64,000 nucleotides of DNA from NCBI GenBank assembly GCA_963775425.1, contig CAVZJB010000003.1:384001-448000 (forward strand), given 5' to 3'. Positions 46,558 to 56,045 of this stretch are shown piece after piece (position 1 is the stretch's first letter; each line of letters begins with the position of its first letter). The notes beneath the pieces are model-generated. The model had not been told where the DNA came from. It saw only the letters and a program-made list of their open reading frames with translations, and ran no database searches. Source of the stretch: an uncultured delta proteobacterium (GTDB lineage: Bacteria; Myxococcota; UBA727; VGSZ01). Made by a program: the position numbers and the translations under genes.

Positions 46558-48759
46558 ATGGCCGACGTTGTCGCGCTCCCCCGTGGGGGCCTGTGGGTGG
46601 ACACACCGGCGGGACCCATCCAGCTCGGCGCTCCCGCCGAGACCATCAAGGACACCTTGCAGCGGGAGGGCGGCGTGCCCCGCACGGTGATCCTCCCGAG
46701 GACGTTGGTCGACGTCCGCCGCGGCCGCTCCCTCGCCGACGTCGAGTTCCCCATCTACTTCAACCTGTTCGCCAGGAGCCGGCCCCTCACGGTCGTCGGC
46801 ACGCCCGCGCAGGAGGAGCGCATCCGCGCGGCGATCCAGGAGAGTCTCCTGGGCCCGGAAGAGCTCGACGTCGCCCAGGACGTGGTGGAGGGCGCGCGCG
46901 TCCCCGACCTGCGACGCGAGCAGGCGCACTTCCGCAAAGGCCGGTACACGAGCGGGCGGCTCGAGCTGGAGGACGCGCTCGACTTCCGCGCGTTTCATGG
47001 CGAGCCCATCGACCTCGGCTCGGGCGTCGTGCTCACCGCCGACGACGACGGCTGGGTCGTGCGCGTGAACGACGCCGAGCACGCGCGCTTGCCGGCGCAG
47101 CCGCCGGCGCTGCCGGCGCGGCCGGTGCAGCCGTCGGTGCGGCCGCCGTTCGTTCCGCCGCGCTTCGGCGTCACCGTGCTCGGGCGCAGCCACGGCTTCG
47201 ACCCGGATCCCAACGAACGCACCAGCGGTTTCGTCCTCTGGGTCGGCGGGCGCGGGCTCATGGTGGACCCGCCCGTGCGGTCCACGGAGATCCTCGCCGC
47301 CGCCGACGTCGACCTCAAGCTCATCGACGGCGTGCTCTTGACGCACTGCCACGCCGACCACGACGCAGGCACGCTCGAGAAGGCGGTGGAGGCCGGCAGG
47401 GTCACGCTCTACACCACGCCGACAATCTTCCACTCGTACCAGCGCAAGTGGTCGGCGCTGTCGGGCATCCCGGCCGACGAGCTCACCAGGCTCTTCGACT
47501 TCCGCCCCGTGAAGATCGGCGCGCCGTTCGACATCCACGGCGCCAAGTTCCTCTTCCGCTTCACGCTGCACTCCATCCCCACCATCGCCTTCGAGGCGCA
47601 CCTCGACGGGCGCAGCTTCAACTACTCGAGCGATACGCTGAACGACCCGCGACAGATCGAGGGCATCTTCGCGGCGGGGCACATGGAGCGGGAGCGGCGC
47701 GACGAGCTCCTGCACTTCAACTGGCGCCACGACCTCATCTTCCACGAGGCCGGCGTGCCGCCGCTGCACACGCCGCTCGCGTGCCTCGAGGCGCTGCCCG
47801 TCGACGTGCGTGCGCGGACGTATGTCCTGCACACCACGCCGTCGCGCTTGTCGCCGACCTCGGGCCTGCAGCTCGCGCCCACCGGCACCATCGATCTGCG
47901 GGTGGAGGCGCCGGCGGAGTCGCGCGTCATCCGCAACCTCGCGCTGCTCGGGCGCGCGCGGCTGTTCTCGACGCTGCCGCTGGAGCGGGCGGCGGAGCTG
48001 CTGGCCGCGTCCAAGGAGATCAAGGTGCCGGCGGGCCGGCGCTTCATCGTGGCCGGCGACGAGCTCACGGAGCGCGGCGGCGACACGCTCTACGTCGTCA
48101 CCGGCGGGCGCGCGTCGGTGCGCCGCGGTGATCGCGAGCTCAAGGTGTACGGCCTCGGCGACTACCTCGGCGAGACGGCGGTCTTCCTCGGGCGGCCGCG
48201 CAACGCCGACGTCGTCGCGCTCACCGATCTCGAGCTCCTCGCCGTGGACGGGGCCACGGCGCGGCGCGCCTGCGACGGCACCGACATCCCCGATCTGGTG
48301 AAGCGCCACGCCAAGGTGCGCGAGTGGGACGCGTGGAGCGTGCTCGAGGAGACCGAGCTGTTCGCGGGGCTCACCACCACCCAGAAGAACGAGCTCGAGA
48401 CCTTCCTTCACCCGACGAGCCTGCGCCACGGGAGCGTCGTCGTGCGCGACGGCGCGCGGGCGCGCGACCTCTTCCTCGTCCACAGCGGGCAGGTGGACAG
48501 CACGGGCGACGGCGCCGGCGTCCTCGAGCGCGGCGCCGTCGTCGGCGACGCCCAGGCGGTGCTGTCGGGCGCCATCCAGCCCAGGGGCGGCAAGGCGCGC
48601 GGGCCCGTGCGCGGCTTCCGGATCGGCAAGAGCGATCTCGCCGGGTTCCTCGACCGAAACCCCTCGATCATGGTGCGCGTGCAGCCCTGGAGCGCGCCCG
48701 ACGCCACGTCGTCGCCGGCGGCGTGGTCGCTCATGCAGATGCTCGAGGACTACCTCTGA
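46558..48759 (+). CDS. Metallo-beta-lactamase-fold cyclic nucleotide phosphodiesterase with two cNMP-binding domains
   Basis: IQ.G.P.ETIKD, EFPIY.N.F, SHGFDP, THCHADHDAG, LHSIPT, SSDT and PLHT; two C-terminal CNB domains (LGE....PRNADV). Confidence 0.85.
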   Translation: MADVVALPRGGLWVDTPAGPIQLGAPAETIKDTLQREGGVPRTVILPRTLVDVRRGRSLADVEFPIYFNLFARSRPLTVVGTPAQEERIRAAIQESLLGPEELDVAQDVVEGARVPDLRREQAHFRKGRYTSGRLELEDALDFRAFHGEPIDLGSGVVLTADDDGWVVRVNDAEHARLPAQPPALPARPVQPSVRPPFVPPRFGVTVLGRSHGFDPDPNERTSGFVLWVGGRGLMVDPPVRSTEILAAADVDLKLIDGVLLTHCHADHDAGTLEKAVEAGRVTLYTTPTIFHSYQRKWSALSGIPADELTRLFDFRPVKIGAPFDIHGAKFLFRFTLHSIPTIAFEAHLDGRSFNYSSDTLNDPRQIEGIFAAGHMERERRDELLHFNWRHDLIFHEAGVPPLHTPLACLEALPVDVRARTYVLHTTPSRLSPTSGLQLAPTGTIDLRVEAPAESRVIRNLALLGRARLFSTLPLERAAELLAASKEIKVPAGRRFIVAGDELTERGGDTLYVVTGGRASVRRGDRELKVYGLGDYLGETAVFLGRPRNADVVALTDLELLAVDGATARRACDGTDIPDLVKRHAKVREWDAWSVLEETELFAGLTTTQKNELETFLHPTSLRHGSVVVRDGARARDLFLVHSGQVDSTGDGAGVLERGAVVGDAQAVLSGAIQPRGGKARGPVRGFRIGKSDLAGFLDRNPSIMVRVQPWSAPDATSSPAAWSLMQMLEDYL

Positions 48760-48775
48760 CCCCCCGGCTCGCGGG

Positions 48776-48901
48776 GCGCGCCTGCGGCGTCTTGCGCGCC
48801 TGCGGCGTCTTGCGCGCCTGCGGCGTCTCGCGCGCCTGCGGCGTCTTGCGCGCCTGCGGCGTCTTGCGCGCCTGCGTCGTCTTGCGCGCCTGCGTCGTCG
48901 T
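48776..48901. repeat. Intergenic 18-bp tandem repeat x7 (GCGCGCCTGCGGCGTCTT)
   Basis: Read directly; units degenerate toward the 3' end. Confidence 0.93.
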
Positions 48902-48934
48902 CGTGCAGGGCGCCCCCGTGGCGCGCGCGTCGCC

Positions 48935-49624
48935 GTGAGCCGCTTTCGCGTCGTCTACGACGATCGCGACGTCGTCGTCGTGGACAAAGCGCCAGGGGTG
49001 CTGACTGTGCCCACCGCGAAGCGGGAGCGCAGCACGCTCGTGGACATGCTCTCGGCGCACCTGCGCCGCGAGGTCTTCGTCGTGCACCGGCTCGACCGCG
49101 ACACCTCCGGGCTGCTCGTCTTCGCCAAGGACCGCCGCGCCGCCCGCGCCCTCGCCGACACGTGGGCCGAGCACGAGCGCCTCTATGACGCCCTCGTACA
49201 CGGCGTCGTCCGCGTCGACGCCGGCGTCGTCGAGTCACGCCTGATCACCGGCAAGAACCTCGACCGCCGCTCGACGCGCGATCCGCGAGCGTCGGGGGCG
49301 CCGGCGTTCGATCGAGGCGAGCGGGCCGTCACGCGCTATCGCGTCGTCGAGCGGGTGCGCGCCGCCACGCTCGTCGAGTGCGCCCTCGAGACCGGCCGGC
49401 GAAACCGAATCCGCGTGCACATGAAGGACCTCGGGCACCGGCTCCTCGGCGACGCCCGCTACGCCCGCGACGTCCGCCCGCACCCGCTCTGGCGCGGGGG
49501 CCTCGCGCTGCACGCGCGCGTGCTCGCGTTCATCCACCCCGTCACCGGCGCGCGGCTGCGCTTCGACGCGGGCATGCGCGCGGACTTCGCGGCGTTCCTC
49601 GCCGCCGCGCGCCGCTCGACGTGA
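48935..49624 (+). CDS. RluA-family pseudouridine synthase
   Basis: VVDK.PG, VHRLDRDTSGL, LETGR.N.IRVH, LGD..Y and LHA..L.F.HP. Confidence 0.93.
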   Translation: MSRFRVVYDDRDVVVVDKAPGVLTVPTAKRERSTLVDMLSAHLRREVFVVHRLDRDTSGLLVFAKDRRAARALADTWAEHERLYDALVHGVVRVDAGVVESRLITGKNLDRRSTRDPRASGAPAFDRGERAVTRYRVVERVRAATLVECALETGRRNRIRVHMKDLGHRLLGDARYARDVRPHPLWRGGLALHARVLAFIHPVTGARLRFDAGMRADFAAFLAAARRST

Positions 49625-49636
49625 TAGACCGCGAGC

Positions 49637-51445
49637 GTGCTCGCACGACTCGCGTTGGCTCTCGCGCGCGGAATGGCGCCGGACACCGTCCGCTCCCTCG
49701 CCGACGTCGTCTTCGTCCGCACCAGGAAGGAGCTCGCGCGCGCCGCCGCCGACCCCCGCGCGGCCCAGGAGCGGCGCCTGCGCGCCATCCTCGACGCCGC
49801 CGCCGACACCGAGGTCGGCCGGCGCTACGGCTTTCGCGACCTCGCCGGCCTCGACGAGTACCGCGCTCGCGTGCCGCTCTCCACGTGGGACGACGTCGAG
49901 CCGTACGTGAACCGGATGCTTGCGGGCGAGCGCGGGCTCATCGTGGCGGAAGACCCGTACTTCTACGCCACCACGTCGGGCACCACCGGCAGGCGCAAGC
50001 TCATCCCGGTGACCTCGTCGTTCGTGGAGGAGTGCCGCGTCACCAACAAGGTGCTGTACCGCACCACGCTGCAGAGCCTGCCGCAACTGTTGAAGGGCAA
50101 GCGGCTCAGCATGCGCTCGCCGAAGACCGAGCGCTTGAACGAGCGCGCCGTCGCCGGCTCCATCACCGTCGCCCTCGGCGGCTTCGGCGAAGAGGACGGC
50201 CTCCTCGACGCCGTCCCCGCCGACGTCTTCTTCGTCGACGACTTCGAGGCGAAGTACTTCCTCGCGCTGCGCTTCGCCCTCGAGCAGAACGTCACGGTGT
50301 GCTCCGCCGTGAACCCGTCCACGCTCCTGTTGTTCGCGCGTGCGCTGGCCGAGCGCGGCGACGAGCTGGCGCTGGCGCTCGAAAACGGCGTCGTCGGCGT
50401 CGACCTCAAGGGCATCGTCGACGACGCACGCCGGGAGCGGCTCGAGTCGCGCGCGAGCACCGACGAGGAGGCGGCGGCGCGCATCCGCAAGAGCACGGAG
50501 GCGCACAAGCGGGCGCGCATGCGCGACGTCTTCCCGCAGCTCGCGGGCCTCGTGTGCTGGAAGGGCGGGAGCGCGCCCTGGTACCTCGACAAGCTCAAGG
50601 AGAGCTACGGCGACGTGCCCGTCCTGGACTACGGCTACTGCGCCTCCGAGGGCATGTTCGGCGCGCCGCTGTCGACGGAGGGCGCCGCCAGCGTGTTGTT
50701 GCCGCACGGCCACGTCGTCGAGCTCCTCCCCGTGGACGCCACCCCGGCGCCGTCGCAGCCAAGGACGGTGCTCCTCGACGAGGCGGAGCTCGGCAAGCGC
50801 TACTTCGTGGTGGTGACGACAGGCGCGGGGCTGTACCGCTACCAGATGAACGACGTCGTCGAGATCGTCGGCCGCTTCGACAACGCGCCGCTCGCGGTGT
50901 TCCTGCACAAGGGCGGGGCCATGGCGTCGGTGACCGGGGAGAAGCTCTCCGAGAGCCACGTGGTGAACGCCATGGCCACGGCCACCCGCGGCACCGGCGT
51001 GTCTCCCCAGGGCTTCGTCGCCGCTCCCGTCCTGCCCGAGGGCGAGGCGTCGCCGTACTACCTGCTCGCCGTCGACGGTGACGACGTCGACGAGGCCGGG
51101 CTCCTCGCGCTCGCGCGCGCGTTCGACGAGGCCCTGCGCCGGGAGAACGAGGAGTACGACGCCAAGCGCAAGAGCCTGCGCCTCGACGCCGTCGTCGCCG
51201 CGCGCCTGCCGGCGGCCGCGATCGCGCGCTTCCGCGAGCGCCGCGTGCAGGGCGGCGCCCCCGACGCGCACGTCAAGGTGCCGCACGTGAGCGCCGACGG
51301 CGCGCTCCTGCTCGAGCTCGGCCTCGACGAGACCGCGCCGGCGCTCGCCGCGCGCCTGCCGTGCCGGGCGCGGCCCGCCGCCCCCGCCGCGGTGACGGAC
51401 GCGGTGACGGGCACGACGACGGACGCGCCCGGCGCGGCGCCATGA
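49637..51445 (+). CDS. GH3-family acyl-acid amido synthetase-like protein
   Basis: QE..L..IL....TE.GR.YGF, TTSGTTG..K.IP, Y.ASEG, TT.AGLYRY...D and GEK..E. Confidence 0.9.
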   Translation: MLARLALALARGMAPDTVRSLADVVFVRTRKELARAAADPRAAQERRLRAILDAAADTEVGRRYGFRDLAGLDEYRARVPLSTWDDVEPYVNRMLAGERGLIVAEDPYFYATTSGTTGRRKLIPVTSSFVEECRVTNKVLYRTTLQSLPQLLKGKRLSMRSPKTERLNERAVAGSITVALGGFGEEDGLLDAVPADVFFVDDFEAKYFLALRFALEQNVTVCSAVNPSTLLLFARALAERGDELALALENGVVGVDLKGIVDDARRERLESRASTDEEAAARIRKSTEAHKRARMRDVFPQLAGLVCWKGGSAPWYLDKLKESYGDVPVLDYGYCASEGMFGAPLSTEGAASVLLPHGHVVELLPVDATPAPSQPRTVLLDEAELGKRYFVVVTTGAGLYRYQMNDVVEIVGRFDNAPLAVFLHKGGAMASVTGEKLSESHVVNAMATATRGTGVSPQGFVAAPVLPEGEASPYYLLAVDGDDVDEAGLLALARAFDEALRRENEEYDAKRKSLRLDAVVAARLPAAAIARFRERRVQGGAPDAHVKVPHVSADGALLLELGLDETAPALAARLPCRARPAAPAAVTDAVTGTTTDAPGAAP

Positions 51446-52110
51446 GCGGCGCGGTGCGAGGGGTCAGCTTCGACGTCGACGGCACGCTCTATTCGCCCCG
51501 CGCCCTCGGCTGGACGTTCTTCCTGCGCTCGTTTTCCCACCGCGGCCTCCTGCGCACGCTGCGCGTCGGGCGGGCGGTGCGCGAGGAGCTGCGCGGGCGC
51601 GCCTTCGACACCGGCGCCGCGCTCCTGGCCGAGGAGGCGCGCATCGCCGGGGAGCGCCTCGACGTCATGCCCGGCGAGGCGCGCCGGCGCCTCGACGACG
51701 CCTTCGATCGCGTGCTGTGCGAGGTGCTCGAAGACAAGGTGCGACCGACGGCGGGCGCGCGGGCGGTGCGCGCCGCGCTCGAGGGCCTCGTGGGGCACGG
51801 CCTGGGCATCGCCGCCGTCAGCGATCGCCGCGTCGACGACAAGCTCGCCGCGCTCGGGCTCGGAGATCTTCCCTGGGCCGCGCGCGTCAGCGCGGACGAC
51901 ACCGGCGTCCTCAAACCCGATCCCGCGCCTTTCCTCGCCGCCTGCCGGGCCCTCGGCGCGCCGCCTGCGCAGTGCGTCCACGTCGGGGATCGCGACGACA
52001 GCGACGGCGCCGGCAGCCGCGCGGCCGGGATGCGCTACGTGCGCGTCGCCGGCCCCGAGGCGCTGCCGCGCGCGGTGGCGGAGATTCTTCGCGGTGCCCC
52101 CGCGCCGTAG
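51442..52110 (+). CDS. HAD-superfamily hydrolase (subfamily IA)
   Basis: FDVDGTLY, VSD, KPDP and HVGDR..SDG.G...AGM; ATGA overlap with the GH3 gene. Confidence 0.9.
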   Translation: MSGAVRGVSFDVDGTLYSPRALGWTFFLRSFSHRGLLRTLRVGRAVREELRGRAFDTGAALLAEEARIAGERLDVMPGEARRRLDDAFDRVLCEVLEDKVRPTAGARAVRAALEGLVGHGLGIAAVSDRRVDDKLAALGLGDLPWAARVSADDTGVLKPDPAPFLAACRALGAPPAQCVHVGDRDDSDGAGSRAAGMRYVRVAGPEALPRAVAEILRGAPAP

Positions 52111-52175
52111 CGCGCGGCCGCTTCCTGGTGCCCCCGCGGCGCAGGGCGCGTCGCGGGGGATCCTCGACGCAGTCC

Positions 52176-52205
52176 TTGACGAGCCCGGGGGGAAGTCGTC
52201 ATAAC
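52176..52205 (+). promoter_or_regulatory. Candidate sigma70 promoter for the aminotransferase-serA operon
   Basis: TTGACG at 52176-52181, 18-bp spacer, CATAAC at 52200-52205, in an otherwise very GC-rich intergenic gap. Confidence 0.45.
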
Positions 52206-52247
52206 GCAGTGCGCCGCCTCGCCGTCGAGGTCCGCGTCGTCGAGGTC

Positions 52248-53408
52248 ATGATGAAGTACCGCCTGCTCTCCCCCGGCCCCACCCCCGTCCCCGAGCGCGT
52301 GCTCACGGCGATGGCCAACCCCATCTGGCACCACAGGACGCCGGCCTTCGAGGCCACGTTCGAGAAGTGCCGCACCGGGCTCAAGTGGCTCATGCAGACC
52401 AAGCAGGAGGTGCTCACGGTGTCGTCGTCGGGCACGGGCGCCTTCGAGGCCTCGTTCCAGTCGCTGTTCTCCCCGGGCGAGACGGTCATCACCGTCGCCG
52501 GCGGAAAGTTCGGCGAGCGCTGGGGAAAGATGGCCGAGGCGTTCGGCCTGAAGGCCGTGGTCATCCCCTGCGAGTGGGGCGAGCCCGCCGACGCAAACCG
52601 CGTCGCCGACGCCCTGAAGGCGCACCCCGAGGCCAAGGGCGTCGTCGTCGTCGCTTCGGAGACCTCCACGGGCGTGCGCCACCCCTACGAGGCCATCGCC
52701 AAGCTCGTGAAGGCGAAGGACGACTGCCTGATGATGGTCGACGGCATCACCGCCGTCGGCGTCTGGGACATCAGCCCCGAGCGCGACGACATCGACGTCC
52801 TCGTCACCGGCTCGCAGAAGGCGCTGATGCTGCCCCCGGGGCTCGGCTTCGTGACGCTCTCGGACAAGGCCTGGGAGCGCAACAAGACCGCCAAGCTGCC
52901 GCGCTACTACTTCGACCTCGGCAAGGAGCGAAAGAGCCAGGTCAACAACCAGACGGCGTTCACGCCGGCGGTCTCCCTCGTCGAGGGCCTGCTCGAGTCC
53001 TTGCGGCTGATGCAGGAGGAGGGGCTGCCGTCGATCTTCGCGCGCCACAAGCGCCTCGCCGCCGCCACCCGCGCCGGCGTCAAGGCGCTCGGCCTCGAGC
53101 TGTTCGCCAAGGCGCCCGCCGACAGCGTCACCAGCGTCATCCAGCCCGCGTCGCTCAAGCCGGACGCCGTCTACAAGGGCCTGATGAACCGCGCCAACCT
53201 CACCATCGCCGGTGGCCAGGAGGCCGTGAAGGGAAAGATCTTCCGCGTCGCCCACCTCGGCTACTACGACGAGCTCGACATCATCACCGTGCTCGGCGCC
53301 ATCGAGATCATCCTGCGCCAGGAGGGCTTCGCGAGCTTCACGCCGGGCGTCGGCGTGGGCGCCGCGAGCGAGATCTTGAAGGACGGCTTCGTGAAGAAGG
53401 GTGGGTGA
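52248..53408 (+). CDS. Class-V PLP aminotransferase (alanine-glyoxylate/serine-pyruvate family, probable SerC equivalent)
   Basis: PGPT.VP, HHRT..F, SSGTGA.E, ETSTG, VD.I and GSQKALMLPPG. Confidence 0.92.
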   Translation: MMKYRLLSPGPTPVPERVLTAMANPIWHHRTPAFEATFEKCRTGLKWLMQTKQEVLTVSSSGTGAFEASFQSLFSPGETVITVAGGKFGERWGKMAEAFGLKAVVIPCEWGEPADANRVADALKAHPEAKGVVVVASETSTGVRHPYEAIAKLVKAKDDCLMMVDGITAVGVWDISPERDDIDVLVTGSQKALMLPPGLGFVTLSDKAWERNKTAKLPRYYFDLGKERKSQVNNQTAFTPAVSLVEGLLESLRLMQEEGLPSIFARHKRLAAATRAGVKALGLELFAKAPADSVTSVIQPASLKPDAVYKGLMNRANLTIAGGQEAVKGKIFRVAHLGYYDELDIITVLGAIEIILRQEGFASFTPGVGVGAASEILKDGFVKKGG

Positions 53409-53412
53409 GCGC

Positions 53413-54357
53413 GTGGCCAAGGTCCTCGTCAGCGACAAGCTCGACCCCAAGGGCGTCGCCCTGCTGCAGGCGGCGGACGGCGTCGACGTCGACAACAAGC
53501 CCGGCCTCAAGCCCGAGGAGCAGCGCGAGATCATCGGCGCCTACGACGGGCTCATCGTGCGCTCCGCCACCAAGGTCACGCCGGCGTTCCTCGAGCGCGC
53601 GGACAAGCTGCGCATCGTCATCCGCGCGGGCATCGGCGTCGACAACATCGACATCGCGGCCTGCAAGGAGCGCGGCATCGTCGTCGAGAACACGCCGCGC
53701 GGAAACGTGCTCAGCGCGGCGGAGCACGCCATCGCGCTGATGATGTCGCTGGCGCGGCAGGTGCCGGCGGCCACGGCGTCCATGAAGGGCGGCAAGTGGG
53801 ACAAGAGCCGGTTCATGGGCACCGAGATCACCGGGAAGACCCTCGGCATCATCGGCACCGGCAACATCGGCGCCGTCGTCGTCGACCGGGCCCTCGGCTT
53901 GAAGATGAAGGTGCTCGCGTTCGACCCCATCCTGACGCCGGAGAAGGCCCGGGAGATGGGCGTGGAGCTCACCACCAACGTCGACGACGTGTTCACGCGC
54001 GCGGACGTCATCACGCTGCACACGCCCTTGCTCCCGTCGACGAGGCACATCGTGAACGACGCCGCGTTCGCCAAGATGAAGCCCGGCGTCCTCCTCATCA
54101 ACGCCGCCCGCGGCGGCCTCGTCGACGAGGACGCGCTCCTGCGCGCCATCGAGTCCAAGAAGGTGCGCGGCGCCGCCCTCGACGTGTTCAGCGTGGAGCC
54201 CGTGTCGCCGGATCACCCGCTTTTGAAGCGCGACGAGGTGGTGGTCACGCCGCACCTCGGCGCGTCCACCTTCGAGGCGCAGGTGAACGTCGCCGTGGAG
54301 GCCGCGGAGCAGATGGTGGCATTCTTCAAGGACGGCACCACCACGAACGTGATCTGA
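53413..54357 (+). CDS. serA: D-3-phosphoglycerate dehydrogenase, short form without ASB/ACT domains
   Basis: VRSATKV, RAGIGVDNID, AAEHAI, GKTLGIIG.G.IG, INAARGG, AALDVF..EP and TPHLGAST.EAQ. Confidence 0.88.
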   Translation: MAKVLVSDKLDPKGVALLQAADGVDVDNKPGLKPEEQREIIGAYDGLIVRSATKVTPAFLERADKLRIVIRAGIGVDNIDIAACKERGIVVENTPRGNVLSAAEHAIALMMSLARQVPAATASMKGGKWDKSRFMGTEITGKTLGIIGTGNIGAVVVDRALGLKMKVLAFDPILTPEKAREMGVELTTNVDDVFTRADVITLHTPLLPSTRHIVNDAAFAKMKPGVLLINAARGGLVDEDALLRAIESKKVRGAALDVFSVEPVSPDHPLLKRDEVVVTPHLGASTFEAQVNVAVEAAEQMVAFFKDGTTTNVI

Positions 54358-54438
54358 TCGCTGCCGTCGTCGTCGGCGCGGCTCCCTGGCGCCGCGCGGC
54401 GCCACCACGTCGGCGACGCCGGCGTGTATGCTGCGGAC

Positions 54439-55953
54439 ATGGCCGCCCGAGGACAGCCGGAGTTTTCCATCTCCCCGGCAACGCAGGTGCAGACGTCGGG
54501 GTTGAACCTCGACCTCGGCTTCACCGAGCGGCGCTGCCAGCTCACGGTCCTGTCCGGCGCGCAGACGGGCAAGAGCATCGAGGTCAACAAGCCCGAGTTC
54601 ACCGTCGGCAAGGGCGACGAGTGCGACCTCGTCATCGCCGACCCCACGGTGAGCCGGCAGCACTTCACCATCGAGCAGCAGCAGGGCGCCTACGTCATCC
54701 GCGACAACGCCTCCACCAACGGCACCTGGATCGACCAGTTCCGCATCCGCGAGGCCTACCTGCGGCCGGGCGTGGTCGTGCGCGCCGGCCAGGTGCAGCT
54801 CAAGCTCGAGCCGCTGTTCAAGCCCATCGACATCGCGCCTTCGTCGGACGACCGCTTCGGGTCGCTGGTGGGGCACTCGGTGCGCATGCGGCAGATCTTC
54901 ACCATGCTCGAGCGCGTGGCAAAGACCGACGCCACCGTCGTCATCTTCGGCGAGACGGGCACCGGCAAGAGCGCCATCGCGCAGGCCATCCACGAGGCGA
55001 GCGCGCGCAAGACCGGGCCCTTCATCACCGTCGACTGCGGTGCCATCGCCGAAAACCTCATCGAGAGCGAGCTGTTCGGCCACGAGAAGGGCGCGTTCAC
55101 CGGGGCGTCCGCGCTGCGCAAGGGCGCCCTCGAGCGCGCCCACGGCGGCACGCTCTTCATCGACGAGCTCGTCGACCTGCGGCTCGATCTCCAGCCCCGC
55201 CTGTTGCGCGTCCTCGAGGAGCGCGAGGTGCGGCGCGTCGGCGGCAACGACGCCATCAAGCTCGACGTCCGCATCATCGCGGCCTCGCGCTTCGACCTGT
55301 GGCGCGAGGTGGAGGCCAAGCGCTTCCGCGAGGACCTCTACTTCCGGCTGGCGGTGTTCACCCTGCCGCTGCCGTCGCTGCGGGAGCGCGCCGAGGACAT
55401 CCCGCTGCTGGCGCAGGCGTTCGCGCGCTCGCTGAGCGGCAGCGAGCGCCTCCTGGAGCGCATGACGCCGTCGGTGCTGGAGCGCCTGAAGAAGCACCCG
55501 TTCCCCGGCAACGTGCGCGAGCTCAGGAACGTCATCGAGCGCGCCAACTACCTCGACAGCGACCCGACGGAGATGCTCGGGCCGCTCGGGGGCATCCCCT
55601 CGGGCGTCCTGGCATCGATCCCGGGCGCCGACCCGGGGGTGCCGCCGCCGGTCGCCGAGCCGCCCGTCCCCGAGGCCGTCGCCCTCGCCGAGGAGACCGC
55701 ACCGGTGCCGTTGGCCGCAGACGGCGCCGTCCCGCTGCTCGCCGACTGCACGCTGCCGTTCAAGGACGCCAAGGAGAAGCTGCTCGAGCAGTTCGAGGCC
55801 GAGTACTTCCGGCGCCTGTTGCAGCGCGCCGGCGGGAACGCCTCGGCCATCGCGCGCACGGCGGGCATCGACAGGAAGCACGTGTACACGCTGGCCAAGA
55901 AGCACGGGCTCGACCTCAGGGCCCGCGGCAGCAAGGACAGCGACGACGATTGA
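54439..55953 (+). CDS. FHA-domain sigma54-dependent transcriptional activator
   Basis: FHA (D.TVSRQH, STNGT), GETGTGKS, ESELFGHEKGAFTGA, FREDLYFRL, FPGNVREL.N and a Fis-type HTH. Confidence 0.96.
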   Translation: MAARGQPEFSISPATQVQTSGLNLDLGFTERRCQLTVLSGAQTGKSIEVNKPEFTVGKGDECDLVIADPTVSRQHFTIEQQQGAYVIRDNASTNGTWIDQFRIREAYLRPGVVVRAGQVQLKLEPLFKPIDIAPSSDDRFGSLVGHSVRMRQIFTMLERVAKTDATVVIFGETGTGKSAIAQAIHEASARKTGPFITVDCGAIAENLIESELFGHEKGAFTGASALRKGALERAHGGTLFIDELVDLRLDLQPRLLRVLEEREVRRVGGNDAIKLDVRIIAASRFDLWREVEAKRFREDLYFRLAVFTLPLPSLRERAEDIPLLAQAFARSLSGSERLLERMTPSVLERLKKHPFPGNVRELRNVIERANYLDSDPTEMLGPLGGIPSGVLASIPGADPGVPPPVAEPPVPEAVALAEETAPVPLAADGAVPLLADCTLPFKDAKEKLLEQFEAEYFRRLLQRAGGNASAIARTAGIDRKHVYTLAKKHGLDLRARGSKDSDDD

Positions 55954-56045
55954 GCCGCTCACGCGTGGGCCGCGCCGGCGACGTCAGCCGCGCGCCGTAG
56001 ACGTCCGTCGACGCGACCCAATCGAAGCCGGCGGGCCGCCGCGGG

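Noticed and set aside
48731-49238. Minus-strand ORFs reading (QARKTP)n or (AGAQDA)n as a possible repeat precursor peptide
   Set aside because: They are antisense to the RluA gene and are simply translations of the 18-bp DNA repeat; there is no RBS or maturase next to them.
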